This document shows positions 49,852 through 60,454 of a stretch of DNA of 64,000 nt, piece by piece. Where the stretch lies: assembly GCA_963718995.1 (NCBI GenBank), contig CAVRAP010000019.1, positions 32,243-96,242 on the forward strand, given 5' to 3'. This stretch comes from an uncultured Actinomycetota bacterium (lineage in GTDB: Bacteria; Actinomycetota; Acidimicrobiia; Spongiisociales; UBA4744). Within the stretch, counting starts at the first letter, position 1, and each line of letters opens with the position of its first letter. A program made the position numbers and the translations under genes. The notes beneath the pieces are model-generated. The model was not told the DNA's origin. It searched no databases and was given only the letters and a program-made list of their open reading frames with translations.

Positions 49852-51642
49852 ATGAGCACGTATAGCGCCCCCCTTCGCGACATCGCCTTCACGCTCGAAC
49901 ATCTGGCCGGCCTGCCTGAACTCGCCACCTGGGAGCAGTTCTCGCATGCCGATCCCGCGACGCTTTTCGGAGCGCTCGACGAAGCGGGCCGGTTTGTGTC
50001 CGAGGTCATCGCTCCTACCAACGTCGCCGGTGACCAGACGGGCAGCACCCTCAACGAAGACGGCACCGTGACAACCGCGCCCGGGTTCAAGGAGGCCTAC
50101 GCCAGTTTTGTTGAGTCCGGTTGGGGCACGCTCCCGTTCCCCAGCGCCTTCGGCGGACAGGATCTGCCGTGGGTAGTGGGGATCGCGATCGTGGAGATGA
50201 TCAAGTCGGCCAACATGGCCTGGTCGCTCTGTCCGATGCTCACCCAGAGTGCGATCGACGCCTTGATCCATCACGGGAGCCCGGACCAACAAGCGACGTA
50301 TCTCGAGAAGCTGGTCACCGGAGCGTGGACCGGGACGATGCTGTTGACCGAGCCGGAGGCCGGATCAGACGTGGGAGCGTTGCGGGCCAAAGCGGTGCCG
50401 GCCGGGGACGGCACGTGGCGGATCACCGGGTCGAAGATCTTCATCACCTGGGGGGAACACGACGTTGCCGAGAACATCATCCACATGGTTCTCGCTCGGA
50501 CGCCGGGGGCACCGCCGGGAACTCGTGGGATTTCCCTCTTCATCGTCCCCAAATACCTCGTCAACCCCGATGGAAGCCTGGGGGAGCGCAACGACATCAA
50601 AGCTGTTTCCCTCGAACATAAGATCGGGATTCATGGCAGCCCGACCTGCGTCATGGCGATGGGCGACGAAGGCGAAGGGGCCGTTGGATACCTGATCGGC
50701 GAAGAGCACCGTGGCATGGCCTACATGTTCACGATGATGAACAACGCCCGTCTCTCCGTTGGTGTCGAAGGACTGTCGCTTTCTGAGCGTGCCTATCAGC
50801 AGGCGCTCGAGTTTGCCCAGGTCCGCCGGCAAGGGCGAGCGATCGGTGTCGCCAAGACGGAGAGTTCGTTGATCATCGAACACCCGGATATTCGCCGCAT
50901 GCTCATGACGATGAGGGCAAACATCGAAGCGATGCGGGGGATGCTCTATCTGACCGCAGCTTCGATCGACCGGTCGCGGCATCATCCCATCGAAGCAGAA
51001 CAGCGGCGGCACGCCGAGTTGCTGGCCCTGCTGACTCCGGTCGCCAAAGCCTGGCCGACTGATCGAGGGGTCGAGATGACCTCCCTCGGTATCCAGATTC
51101 ACGGCGGCATGGGTTACGTCGAAGAAACGGGAGCCGCCCAGCACTGGCGTGACTCACGCATCGCTCCGATCTACGAAGGAACCAACGGAATTCAGGCCAT
51201 CGACCTGGTTCTCCGGAAGATATCCCTGCACAAAGGTGAGGTCGCCCGCGGCTTCTTCGCAGACATGGAGGCGCTCGATGCCCAGCTCGAGGGAGCGGGC
51301 GATCGCTTCTCGTTGATCCGGGCCGGCCTCACGGAAGGACTCGTCGCTCTCCGCGGTGCAACCGAATGGCTTCTGGTTTGTGAGGACCCGAACGATGCCC
51401 TCGCCGGAGCGACTCCCTACCTGGAGCTGTTCGGGACCGTGACCGGCGGCTGGCTGCTGGCGAAGGGGGCTCTCGCCGCCGCCCGGAAGCTCGAAGAAGC
51501 CGACGATCCATTTCTGCGGGCCAAGATCGCCACGGCGCATTTCTACTGCACCCAGATGCTGCCCCGTGCAACCGCCCTCGCACCGTCCGTCATGGCCGGC
51601 GCAGGCGACCTGTATGAGATCGAGGCGATGCCCGGCGCCTAG
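49852..51642 (+). CDS. Acyl-CoA dehydrogenase
   Basis: GTMLLTEPEAGSDVG, GSKIFIT.GEHD, QIHGGMGY, IYEGTNGIQ. Confidence 0.93.
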   Translation: MSTYSAPLRDIAFTLEHLAGLPELATWEQFSHADPATLFGALDEAGRFVSEVIAPTNVAGDQTGSTLNEDGTVTTAPGFKEAYASFVESGWGTLPFPSAFGGQDLPWVVGIAIVEMIKSANMAWSLCPMLTQSAIDALIHHGSPDQQATYLEKLVTGAWTGTMLLTEPEAGSDVGALRAKAVPAGDGTWRITGSKIFITWGEHDVAENIIHMVLARTPGAPPGTRGISLFIVPKYLVNPDGSLGERNDIKAVSLEHKIGIHGSPTCVMAMGDEGEGAVGYLIGEEHRGMAYMFTMMNNARLSVGVEGLSLSERAYQQALEFAQVRRQGRAIGVAKTESSLIIEHPDIRRMLMTMRANIEAMRGMLYLTAASIDRSRHHPIEAEQRRHAELLALLTPVAKAWPTDRGVEMTSLGIQIHGGMGYVEETGAAQHWRDSRIAPIYEGTNGIQAIDLVLRKISLHKGEVARGFFADMEALDAQLEGAGDRFSLIRAGLTEGLVALRGATEWLLVCEDPNDALAGATPYLELFGTVTGGWLLAKGALAAARKLEEADDPFLRAKIATAHFYCTQMLPRATALAPSVMAGAGDLYEIEAMPGA

Positions 51643-51743
51643 GGCGCTCCGCGGGTCCTTTCCTTCCGGTGGCGCACCGGGGCAGGCATACCCGTGTTTC
51701 ATGGAAGCTGCCAGGCCCTTCGTGGAGCGTGGCGCAACCGGCT

Positions 51744-52994
51744 CTAGGTCCTGGCCGCGATGTTGTCCGCAATGAAACGGGCGTCCTCGTCGATGCCGTG
51801 GAGGATTCCTGATTTGCGTGTGTGCAGCCACGGAAAACCGAGGAAGTACAGCCCGGGAACGGGGGAGACCCCTCTCTGGTGTATGGGCCGTCCGTTGTCG
51901 TCCGTTACGCCGGCACGGATCCAACCGAAGTCGGCTGTGAATCCGGTGCACCAGATGACCGACCCGACACCGGCTTCCCTGAGGTCAAGTTCCGTGATCC
52001 CCGACTCAGCGACTTCCGGGCCGGCGGGCTCATCGTTGGGATCATCCTCGATCGGCTCCACGCTGACGCCGTTGGCGACGATCCAATCCTCGATCGTTCT
52101 GGTGAACTCGGCCGAGCGCTCGTCGGCGAAGGCAATGTGCTCCGCCAGGGAGTCGTCCGTTGTCAGGACGCCGTCTTCCACGTCGCTGAGACGGCCCATC
52201 AGCTGCACTCCGTCCCGGGCCATCGACTGCAGGCTGAGGGTGCTCCCGAGCCGCCCGACTCCGGACACCTGCGGCTGTGCGGCGAACTGCATCGCGGGAT
52301 CCGGAAGCTCTTCGATTGCAGCATCCCAGAACCCGATGTCTTCGCCCCATGCCACGATGTCCCGTTGTCGATACCTCCGGCGGAACCGTCCCACCTTGCT
52401 GGTGCAGAGGTAGACGTCCCGGCCGGCGTGGACCAGGTCTTCGGCTATCTGACATCCCGACTGCCCTGCGCCGATCACAACGACCGCTCCAGGCGGCAGA
52501 TTCTCCGGTGACCGATAGTCGGAGGCGTGGAGTTGGAGGAGCGACTCGGGGAACCGCTCCCGAATCCCCGGGATCTTGGGTGCCTGCATCATCCCGGAGG
52601 CGACGACGATATTCGTAGCGGCGACGGTGTCGACCGTGCCCGCCGCGTCTTCGTAGGTGACATGGAAACCGTCGCCGGTGGCGTTGACGGCGGTCACCGT
52701 GACTCCCGCCTTCAACGGAAGCTCGAACTTGTCGACGTAGTGCTCGAAGTAGCCGATGAGTTCGTCGCGGTGATAGAAGCCGTCGGGTTTGTCACCTTCG
52801 TACGGGTCGCCGGGAAGCCCATTCGCCCAGTTCGGCGTGTTGACCGCAAACGAATCCCAGCGTTGACTCCGCCAGGTCTCACCGACCCGACCGCGCTCGA
52901 AGATGACGAACTTCCTGCCGGCTGCTCGCAGGTAGTAACCGATGCCCAGACCGGCTTGTCCGCCGCCGATGACGACAACATCGAAATGGTTCAA
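51744..52994 (-). CDS. Flavin-containing monooxygenase-like oxidoreductase (CzcO/TrkA family)
   Basis: GGAGG then TTG; IGGGQAG, HASDY, IGAGQSG, WCTGF. Confidence 0.85.
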   Translation of the reverse strand: MNHFDVVVIGGGQAGLGIGYYLRAAGRKFVIFERGRVGETWRSQRWDSFAVNTPNWANGLPGDPYEGDKPDGFYHRDELIGYFEHYVDKFELPLKAGVTVTAVNATGDGFHVTYEDAAGTVDTVAATNIVVASGMMQAPKIPGIRERFPESLLQLHASDYRSPENLPPGAVVVIGAGQSGCQIAEDLVHAGRDVYLCTSKVGRFRRRYRQRDIVAWGEDIGFWDAAIEELPDPAMQFAAQPQVSGVGRLGSTLSLQSMARDGVQLMGRLSDVEDGVLTTDDSLAEHIAFADERSAEFTRTIEDWIVANGVSVEPIEDDPNDEPAGPEVAESGITELDLREAGVGSVIWCTGFTADFGWIRAGVTDDNGRPIHQRGVSPVPGLYFLGFPWLHTRKSGILHGIDEDARFIADNIAART

Positions 52995-53149
52995 ACGGGT
53001 TGCCTCCAGTGCAACGAGAACGATTCGCTTGAAGCTAGCGATCGGAGCCCACTCGTGACGGGCGCAACCTGCAGGGATCTCCAGGCGGTGAAGGCTCGCG
53101 GGGGTTCGGGAGGCGTCCGGCACCAGCCGGACAGATCCGCCGGGCGGTC

Positions 53150-53980
53150 TCAACCCGTTGAGACGAGCGCTACCGCCCCGAGGGCCAGCGCCAGGCCGGT
53201 GATTCGGCGCGGCGTGAGCGTTTCGTGGAAGACGAGTCTGGCGAGCAGCACCGTCGCGGCCGGGAACATCGCCGCAACCACCGTTGCCACGGCGAGCGAT
53301 TCGAGCCCGGCGGCGATGACGAAGAACCCGTTCCCAACGGCCGTCAGCGACCCGGCCGCGATTCCCGGTTTCATGGCATCGCGAGGGAGTACGAGGCTCT
53401 TGCCGAGCCAGAGACCCACGACGGCGATCAAGATCCCTCCCGCGATCCGCGCCGGAAACAGTGCCCAGATGCTCGAACCCTCGGAGGTGAAGCTGAGGAA
53501 TATCAGCTGAGCTCCAAAGCCGAGCCCGGAGATCAGCCCAAAACGAAGCCCGTCACGATCGCCGGCGAGAACCTGTCTGCCCCCACCGCTCACCAACCAG
53601 ATCGCCGCGATCCCGGTGACGATTCCGGCGACGACCAGCCCCGTGGGGGTTTCTCCGAAGAGGACGCTCCACACAACCGGCCACGTGGCGGAACCCACCG
53701 CAGCGATAGGCGAGACCACTGCGATGTCGCTGCGCGTGAATCCGGTGTAGAGGCCCATCACGCCGATCGCGCCGCCGACGCCGGCCAGTGATCCCCAGAG
53801 GATGAGTTCCCCGCTGAGACTGCCGTCGAGGAAAGGCGCAATGGCCAGCACGGTGATGGCCCCGGCCACGTGATTCCACGTACCAACAGCCCACGTGTCG
53901 GCCCGCCGACTCGCCAACCCGCCGAGGAAGTCTCCGGTACCCGCAAATGTGGCGGCCAGAGCCGCAAGAACTACACCCAT
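53150..53980 (-). CDS. EamA/DMT transporter
   Basis: GTGDFLGGLASRR, AVVSPIA, hydrophobic repeats. Confidence 0.82.
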   Translation of the reverse strand: MGVVLAALAATFAGTGDFLGGLASRRADTWAVGTWNHVAGAITVLAIAPFLDGSLSGELILWGSLAGVGGAIGVMGLYTGFTRSDIAVVSPIAAVGSATWPVVWSVLFGETPTGLVVAGIVTGIAAIWLVSGGGRQVLAGDRDGLRFGLISGLGFGAQLIFLSFTSEGSSIWALFPARIAGGILIAVVGLWLGKSLVLPRDAMKPGIAAGSLTAVGNGFFVIAAGLESLAVATVVAAMFPAATVLLARLVFHETLTPRRITGLALALGAVALVSTG

Positions 53981-54117
53981 CGGGCCACGCTACCGGGAAC
54001 GACGAGTGGTGTCTCCCACTCGAAACCTATGCACCCATACATCTCATGAGGTTTGGTCCCGCCGCAATCGCCTCGGACGGACGGCAAACCCACCTTGTCC
54101 GGGCGAACCAGGGCTTC

Positions 54118-54580
54118 CTACTGCTCCGCTGCTTGCTTGAGCCGAGCGAGGCCTTTCTCGAAGTCGGGGCCGATCATCTTGTCCATGCTCTTGAAGATGC
54201 CCATCACCCTGGTCATGAGGGTCATCGGACCGGTCATCGTCCACGTCACGCGGGTCGCCTGGCCCTCGGGGGCCAGGTCGAACATCGTCGTGCTGCTGGA
54301 CTTGAACGGTTTCAGGAAGTTCGAGCGCGATCGTCACCCGGGAGGGCTCGACTGCGTCGGTTATCTCCATGCGTCCCTCGCCGGCCTTGCGATTCCCCGA
54401 CCAGACGTAGGTTGACCCCGGACCCGAGTCCGGCCCCGAGTAGGTCCGCTGCATGTCCGGGTCGAGACCCTCCCACGGGGACCAGGCGATCCATCGGTGA
54501 AAGTCGTTGATCCGCCCGTAGATGGACTCGGCCGGAGCTTGAATGGTCGTTGCGCGGATAACGGTGTAGGTGTTGGGCAT
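54118..54580 (-). CDS. SRPBCC family protein; apparent indel near 54320
   Basis: WSPWE.LDP, WSGNRKAGEG; continues FLKPFKS...IGPDFEKGLARLK in a shifted frame. Confidence 0.85.
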
Positions 54581-54739
54581 TGATCGAGATTACACGACCG
54601 CGACCGGCGGAGTCGGGGAAGTGGAGTAGGTGGGCAAACCGCCGATAGAGTGGGCCGGTGGCGCACCGATGAGCAGGGTTGGCCAAATCTCCGCTTCCAG
54701 GCGGAGGGTCCTGGACCAACCCGGAGAAGAGAGAGCAGG

Positions 54740-55047
54740 ATGGACCGCAAAGAGATCGTGCGCCAATACCGCGAGACTCCTCGCCCCGCCGGTATCTACC
54801 GCGTGGCTCACCGACCGACCGGGCGAACCCTGCTGGGATCCAGCGTCGACGCACCGGCCATGCTCAACCGGATTCGAACGCAGCTGGGCATGCAGCGTAT
54901 CCGACGGGAGAGGCCGCGTTTGCGTTCGAGGTACTCGATCGGCTCGCGCCGCCGGACGATCCGAGCCGGGACATGAGCGAAGACCTCGAGACCCTCCACG
55001 ATCTCTGGCGGGAGAAGCTCCAGGTCGAAACGGGCCCCACCTACTGA
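54740..55047 (+). pseudogene. GIY-YIG-like protein, frameshifted and apparently internally shortened near 54895
   Basis: AGIYRV..LLGSS..LNRIR in one frame, GEAAFAFEVLD...LWREKL in another. Confidence 0.6.
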
Positions 55048-55205
55048 AGGCGCTCGGGGCGCCCTTTCGTGACCGGATGGAGCATGCGCCTGATCGGTTG
55101 GGTCCGGAGCAGGCCGGAGCCTCGATGTTCCCGGTTGGTAGTGTCCACTCCGGTTTCAGTTTCGATACGAGCTAGCGGCGCGTGGTGCGCTCGAGGAGAT
55201 GGATT

Positions 55206-55496
55206 GTGTATGGATTGATCGGAAAGATCGTGACGGTTGGCGGCAAACGGGCTGAGCTCGCGTCCATGTTGAGCGGTATGGATGCCATGCCGGGTTGCTC
55301 GAGCTACATCGTTGCCGCCGATGCTGCCGATCCTGACGCCCTCTGGGTGACTGAGGTCTGGGACAGTCAGGAGGCGCATGCCGCTTCCTTGGAACTGCCC
55401 GTCGTTCAGGCCGCGATCGCTCGAGGCCGCCACCTCATCATCGACTTTGCGAGCCAGGTGGAAACCGAACCGTTGGGCGGTATCGGCCTCGCCTGA
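55206..55496 (+). CDS. ABM-family (putative quinol monooxygenase) protein
   Basis: MPGCSSYIV, WVTEVWDS..AH.ASL. Confidence 0.85.
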   Translation: MYGLIGKIVTVGGKRAELASMLSGMDAMPGCSSYIVAADAADPDALWVTEVWDSQEAHAASLELPVVQAAIARGRHLIIDFASQVETEPLGGIGLA

Positions 55497-55582
55497 CCGG
55501 TCGCGGTGCTCCCGGCGCGCTTAGCCCGAGCACGAGCTGCCCCACATTGGGTAAGTTGGGACGGATGATCGAGAGGAAACCG

Positions 55583-56143
55583 ATGGTTATTCGTTGGCCT
55601 GCCGGCTTCATCGTCGTCATTGCCTTGGCCCTGGCTGCTTGCGGGGGTGGGGACACCGCGGACGACACCACAACCACAGCACCGGTCGCCACGACTGCGA
55701 CAACAACCGATTCGGGAGCTGGCACCAGCCAACCTGGAGCGGTTGTGCCTGAATTGATCGGCACGAATTGGAGGGTGGTGACCTACAGCATTCCCGGGAG
55801 CATGACGAACCCCTGGCCGGGTACCGAACTCACGTTGCGCTTCGGCGATGACGGAACCGTTTCGGGCTCGACCGGGTGCAACGAATACAGTGCGACGTTC
55901 GAGGTCGAGGGTCCGTACGACGAGTTCATTGAAGGCCAGCGCGACGAAAACGACGGCCAGGCTATCCGCTTCGGCGCCCTCACCATCACCGAGAGGGCTT
56001 GCGCCGAGTCCACCTATATGGAGCAAGAGGCAGAGTTCGTCGACGTCCTCGAGAAGGTCGGGCAATGGTTCATCGCCCGGGGGAACCTCACCCTGCGGGA
56101 ATCTGACGGCTCCTTCCTGACGGAGGCGGAGCCGATTGATTAG
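55583..56143 (+). CDS. META-domain lipoprotein
   Basis: Lipobox LAAC, GSTGCNEY, TERAC. Confidence 0.82.
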   Translation: MVIRWPAGFIVVIALALAACGGGDTADDTTTTAPVATTATTTDSGAGTSQPGAVVPELIGTNWRVVTYSIPGSMTNPWPGTELTLRFGDDGTVSGSTGCNEYSATFEVEGPYDEFIEGQRDENDGQAIRFGALTITERACAESTYMEQEAEFVDVLEKVGQWFIARGNLTLRESDGSFLTEAEPID

Positions 56144-56255
56144 ACACCTTTCGGCTGTGGTACCCGGTCGCCTCGCAAGGAGAAACCCAGGAGCTCGTCG
56201 CTAGGGTCGCGGCGTTAGCCGGAACGAGGGTTCCATCCGGACAGGAGAAGAGCAC

Positions 56256-57662
56256 GTGCACCAATCTGAGTGGGAGAAGGTTATTGAGGCGGCCATTGGT
56301 CCGGCCACCCGGTACCTCCAGTCGTTACCCGACCGACCCGTGTATCGGCCGGCCGACCCGGCCGAGATCCGGGCGCTGATCGGCGGTCCCCTCCCCGAAA
56401 CGGGGACGAGCCCGGAGGAGGTCGTTGCGGCTCTTGCCCGGGACCTCGAACCGTTCGTTGCCGCTCATGCTTCCGGCCGCTACTTCGGGTTCGTCATCGG
56501 AGGCCTGCACCCCGCCTCCTACGGTGCCGAGTTGCTCGCTTCCACATGGGATCAGAACGCCGGTCTGTACGCGGTCGCCCCGGGGGTGGCCGTGGCCGAA
56601 GAGGTAGCGGCCGGATGGGTCCTGGATCTCCTCGACCTGCCCGGGGAAGCTGCGGTCGGTTTTGTGACCGGAGGCCAGATGGCCACGTTCACGTGTCTGG
56701 CGGCCGCTCGCCATCACGTACTCCGGGAGGCGGGATGGGATGTCGAAGCCGACGGACTGCAAGGCGCACCAAGAGTCAATGTGGTCGTCAAGTCTGAATG
56801 GCACTCGACCGTGCCCCGGGCCATGCGCTTTCTCGGTTTGGGCGACTCGACCGCGGTGGTGATTCCTTCCGACGACCAGTCGCGGATCGACCCCGATGCG
56901 TTGGAGCGGGCTTTGGCCGAACTGGCAGGGCCGACCATCGTGTGCGTCGAGTCCGCCAACGTCAACACCGGATCGTTCGACCCGTTCGAGAAGGTGGCCG
57001 ATCTCGCCGAGCACCATCGGGAGCGGGGGAATCCCACCTGGGTCCATGTCGACGGGGCAGTCGGCCTGTGGGCCAGGGCTTCCGCCGGCCACCGCGATCT
57101 CACCGCCGGTCTGGAGCGACTCGACTCCTGGTCGACCGATGCCCACAAACTGCTCAACGTGTCCTATGACTCGGGGATCGCCATCAGCCGGCATCCGGCC
57201 GCCCACCGGGCCGCCATGAGCGTGCATGCCTCGTATCTGATTCAATCCGACGGTGCTGCCCGCGACCAGATGGACTGGAACCCGGAGTTCTCCCGCCGGG
57301 CGCGTGGCCTGGCCGTGTACGCCACGCTGCGCTCTTTAGGCCGGAGGGGAGTCGCCGACATGGTCGATCGCACCTGTTCGCTGGCGAGACGGTTTGCCGA
57401 TCGGTTGTCGGCGAGCGGCCGGGCCGAGGTGATGAACGAGGTGGCGTTCAACCAGGTGCTGATTCGATGGCTCGCTCCCGACGGCGATCACGACGCCTTC
57501 AACGACCGGGTGATTGCAGCCATCCAGGCCGATGGGACCGCCTTTTTCAGCGGCACGACCTGGGGCGGGATGCGGCTCATGCGGATCTCCGTTTCTGACT
57601 GGGCAACCGATGAAGGCGATGTCGATCGGGCGGTCGAAGCATTGCTTCGTTGCGCCGGGTGA
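56256..57662 (+). CDS. Group II PLP-dependent decarboxylase
   Basis: RYFGFVIGG, WVHVDGA, DAHK. Confidence 0.9.
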   Translation: MHQSEWEKVIEAAIGPATRYLQSLPDRPVYRPADPAEIRALIGGPLPETGTSPEEVVAALARDLEPFVAAHASGRYFGFVIGGLHPASYGAELLASTWDQNAGLYAVAPGVAVAEEVAAGWVLDLLDLPGEAAVGFVTGGQMATFTCLAAARHHVLREAGWDVEADGLQGAPRVNVVVKSEWHSTVPRAMRFLGLGDSTAVVIPSDDQSRIDPDALERALAELAGPTIVCVESANVNTGSFDPFEKVADLAEHHRERGNPTWVHVDGAVGLWARASAGHRDLTAGLERLDSWSTDAHKLLNVSYDSGIAISRHPAAHRAAMSVHASYLIQSDGAARDQMDWNPEFSRRARGLAVYATLRSLGRRGVADMVDRTCSLARRFADRLSASGRAEVMNEVAFNQVLIRWLAPDGDHDAFNDRVIAAIQADGTAFFSGTTWGGMRLMRISVSDWATDEGDVDRAVEALLRCAG

Positions 57663-57726
57663 CCGTGCCGCAAGACGGACGCGGATAGGTGTTGCGGAGG
57701 GTTCGGGCATCGGGCAGAATATGGCG

Positions 57727-57822
57727 GTCGAGGGGGAGTAGCCCCCGGGATCGGCCGTCAGTCCGGCAGCTTGCTGCCCGGTTCCCCGGCTCACCCATCC
57801 GGGTGAGAGCAAGACCTTCGAC
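57727..57822 (+). ncRNA. yybP-ykoY (manganese-sensing) riboswitch
   Basis: GTCGAGG...CCTTCGAC closing stem with GGGAGTAG, CGTCA and CAAGACC motifs, directly upstream of TerC/Alx. Confidence 0.8.
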
Positions 57823-57855
57823 TGTCCGTGTAGTGATGGTCGAAAGGATGCTCAA

Positions 57856-58851
57856 TTGATACTGGCCGCGGCCGGAAGCGACCGTTCGAGTTTTGTCGAT
57901 CTCGACGTCCCGATCTGGGCCTGGATCCTCTTGCTGGTGTTGATCGTCGCCCTGCTGGCGATCGACCTGTACCGGCACCGCGACGCCCACGCTCCTTCCC
58001 CCAAAGAAGCGCTCTACGAATCGCTCGTGTGGGTGGCGTGCGGCCTGACCTTCTCAGTCTTCATAGCTTTCACCTTCGGTTCCGACGCCTTCGGTGAGTA
58101 CATCAGCGGGTACTTGATCGAGAAATCCCTCAGCATCGACAATGTCTTTGTCTGGTCGATGCTGTTCTCCACTCTGGCGATCCCATTGAAGTATCAGCAT
58201 CGGGTGCTGTTCTGGGGCATCTTCGGCGCTCTCGCTCTGCGAGCGATCTTCATTCTGCTGGGGACCGCCCTCATCAGCCGTTTCTGGTGGCTGCTGCTCG
58301 TGTTCGGGGTTTTCCTTGTCTATACCGGCGTCAAAATCATCCGCCACCGGGCCGACGAGGGCGCCAAAGAAGCCACCCGGGGCCTCGGGCTGTTGCACAA
58401 GATCATGCCAGTCACCGACCAGCTCGACGGACAGAAATTCTTCACCAGACTCAACGGGAGGCGCGCCGCCACCCCTCTCCTGTCCGCCTTGTTCGTCGTC
58501 GAGATCACCGACATCATCTTCGCCGTCGATTCGGTCCCCGCCATCCTGGCCGTGTCGAACGAGCCCTACCTCGTCTTCGCCTCCAATGCTTTCGCCATCC
58601 TGGGTTTGCGGGCCATGTATTTCTTGCTCGCCAACGCCAAGGAGCGCTTCCACTTCCTTTCCCACGCGCTCGGCGGCATCTTGATCTTCGTTGGCATCAA
58701 GATGGCCGTCTCGCACTGGTACCACATGAACACCTACCTCTCGCTGGCGATCATCGTCACCATGCTGGTCGCCGCCATCGTGTTCAGCATGCGCCGCGCC
58801 AAGCGTTTCCTCCCTCTCGAAACGACGTCACCCGCCGGTCCCGGAGCATGA
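57856..58851 (+). CDS. TerC/Alx-family metal homeostasis membrane protein
   Basis: IEKSLSIDNVFV, QHRVLFWG, DIIFAVDSVPA, SNAFAILGLR. Confidence 0.93.
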   Translation: MILAAAGSDRSSFVDLDVPIWAWILLLVLIVALLAIDLYRHRDAHAPSPKEALYESLVWVACGLTFSVFIAFTFGSDAFGEYISGYLIEKSLSIDNVFVWSMLFSTLAIPLKYQHRVLFWGIFGALALRAIFILLGTALISRFWWLLLVFGVFLVYTGVKIIRHRADEGAKEATRGLGLLHKIMPVTDQLDGQKFFTRLNGRRAATPLLSALFVVEITDIIFAVDSVPAILAVSNEPYLVFASNAFAILGLRAMYFLLANAKERFHFLSHALGGILIFVGIKMAVSHWYHMNTYLSLAIIVTMLVAAIVFSMRRAKRFLPLETTSPAGPGA

Positions 58852-58864
58852 TCGTGACCGACCG

Positions 58865-59716
58865 ATGACCAGTATCGGGGCCATGATCCGGCGCGACGTA
58901 CCACCCGGCGAAGTGGTCGATCACGCCGGGCTCATCCAGAACGGCTTCGATGAACTCTGGGTTGTGGAGGACCTTCCGTATGCCGGAGGCATCAGTCAGG
59001 CCGGCGCAGTCCTTGCCGGGACCCGGGATGTGGTCGTCGGCCACGGCATCGCTCCGGCACCGTTCCGCAATCCCGCCGCTCTGGCCATGGAATGGGCGAC
59101 CTTGGCCGGGATGTATCCGGGCCGTCTGGCTGCCGGTGTTGGCCACGGGGTGCAGGATTGGATGACGCAGATCGGAGAAAAGGTCGCCTCACCGCTCACG
59201 TTGCTGACCGAAACCATCGAGGCCATCCGCCGATTGCTGGCAGGCGAACTCGTTTCGATGGATGGGCGTTACGTTCACCTCGACCAGGTCCGCCTGCAGT
59301 TCCCGCCGGTCCCCGTTCCGCTCGTCTCCGCCGGCGTTACCGGACCAAAATCACTGAGAGCCTCTGGCGCAGTGGCCGACGGCACGATCCTCTCCGAAGG
59401 AAACGGACCCGCCGAGGTCGAGCGGGCCCGGACGCTCATCGATCAAGGCCGGGCCGATGCCGGGCGAACCGAGAGGCACCGGCTCACGGTATTTGCCGGC
59501 TTTTGTGCCGGGGACCTGCGCGAACTCGGACCGCCCCCTCCCGACGCCCTCCCCGGATGGGACGCGATCGCACCGGACCCCGGGGTGGTCGCAGGCCGGC
59601 TCCAGTCGCTCATCGACGCCGGGGCGGACGCGGTGGTCCTGGTCCCGTTCGGTTCCGATTTCGTTGGGCAGTTGCAGCTGGCATCCACCGAGATCGTGCT
59701 GCAACTCAAGACGTAG
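58865..59716 (+). CDS. LLM-class flavin-dependent oxidoreductase
   Basis: GFDELWVVED, RNPAALAMEWATL, GPKSL..SG.VADG. Confidence 0.88.
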   Translation: MTSIGAMIRRDVPPGEVVDHAGLIQNGFDELWVVEDLPYAGGISQAGAVLAGTRDVVVGHGIAPAPFRNPAALAMEWATLAGMYPGRLAAGVGHGVQDWMTQIGEKVASPLTLLTETIEAIRRLLAGELVSMDGRYVHLDQVRLQFPPVPVPLVSAGVTGPKSLRASGAVADGTILSEGNGPAEVERARTLIDQGRADAGRTERHRLTVFAGFCAGDLRELGPPPPDALPGWDAIAPDPGVVAGRLQSLIDAGADAVVLVPFGSDFVGQLQLASTEIVLQLKT

Positions 59717-59799
59717 TTGCAGCGGGCCGACAACCTCCGATCTGGTCGGGCTGCAAGAGGCGTACTGTTGAACGTGACCCTCTCGATAGGAGCGTTTCC

Positions 59800-60147
59800 G
59801 TGTCGAAGTTCGATGAAGTGATAGCTGCCGGGCGTGACGCGATCACGGTGCGGCGCGTGTTCGGCGACCCGTATGAGAAGGATGGCGTGACGTTCATCCC
59901 GGCTGCTGCGGTCAAGGGCGGTGGCGGTGGTGGTGAAGGCGAAGGTGGAGACGAGACCGGGTCCGGTGCGGGAGGCGGATACGGGGTCTCCGCCCGGCCG
60001 GTCGGTGCGTACCAAATCAAAGGCGGCGAGGTCAGCTGGGTTCCCGCGGCCGACACCACCCGGGTGATCATCATGTCCGAGGTCGTCGCCGTGGTTGCTC
60101 TGTTGGTCATCCGATCAATCTTCCGGTCCCGCAGGCGTCGTTCCTGA
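59800..60147 (+). CDS. GerW/YtfJ-family protein
   Basis: VFGDPYEKDGVTFIP, GGGGG, ARPVGAY. Confidence 0.82.
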   Translation: MSKFDEVIAAGRDAITVRRVFGDPYEKDGVTFIPAAAVKGGGGGGEGEGGDETGSGAGGGYGVSARPVGAYQIKGGEVSWVPAADTTRVIIMSEVVAVVALLVIRSIFRSRRRRS

Positions 60148-60181
60148 CAGTCTCCGTCTGGGAAGTCCGGCGGTGTGACCT

Positions 60182-60443
60182 GCCCCCTCCGGCTCGGCTG
60201 CGCCGATCCACCTCCCCCACCTGAAGTGGGGGAGGACGTTAAGGAGAGGTTCCTGTTCGCAGGGTTCTGTGTGTCCTTTTTCGTCCTCCCTTGGCGGAGC
60301 CGGGGGAGGTGGTTCTCGCCGGTGGCGAGAAGCGGAGGGGGCAGTTCTTTTTTTTGCCCTTCTCGCGGGGTGTTTCTTCTTTCGTCCTCCCTCGGCTGTG
60401 CCGGGGGAGGTGGTTCTCGCTGGAGGCGAGTAGCGGGCGGGGC
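60182..60443. repeat. Cluster of three REP-like double-hairpin elements
   Basis: GCCCCCTCCG...CCACCTCCCCC...GGGAGGA forward at 60182-60236 and inverted at 60284-60342 and 60385-60443. Confidence 0.75.
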
Positions 60444-60454
60444 GGCTCTGGCGC

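Noticed and set aside
54632-54684. GGGCAAACC...GAGTGGG...AGCAGGGTT resembling a c-di-GMP-I riboswitch
   Set aside because: It lacks the GNRA loop, the CGCAAAGC junction and a convincing P3 stem. A covariance-model search would be needed to rescue it.
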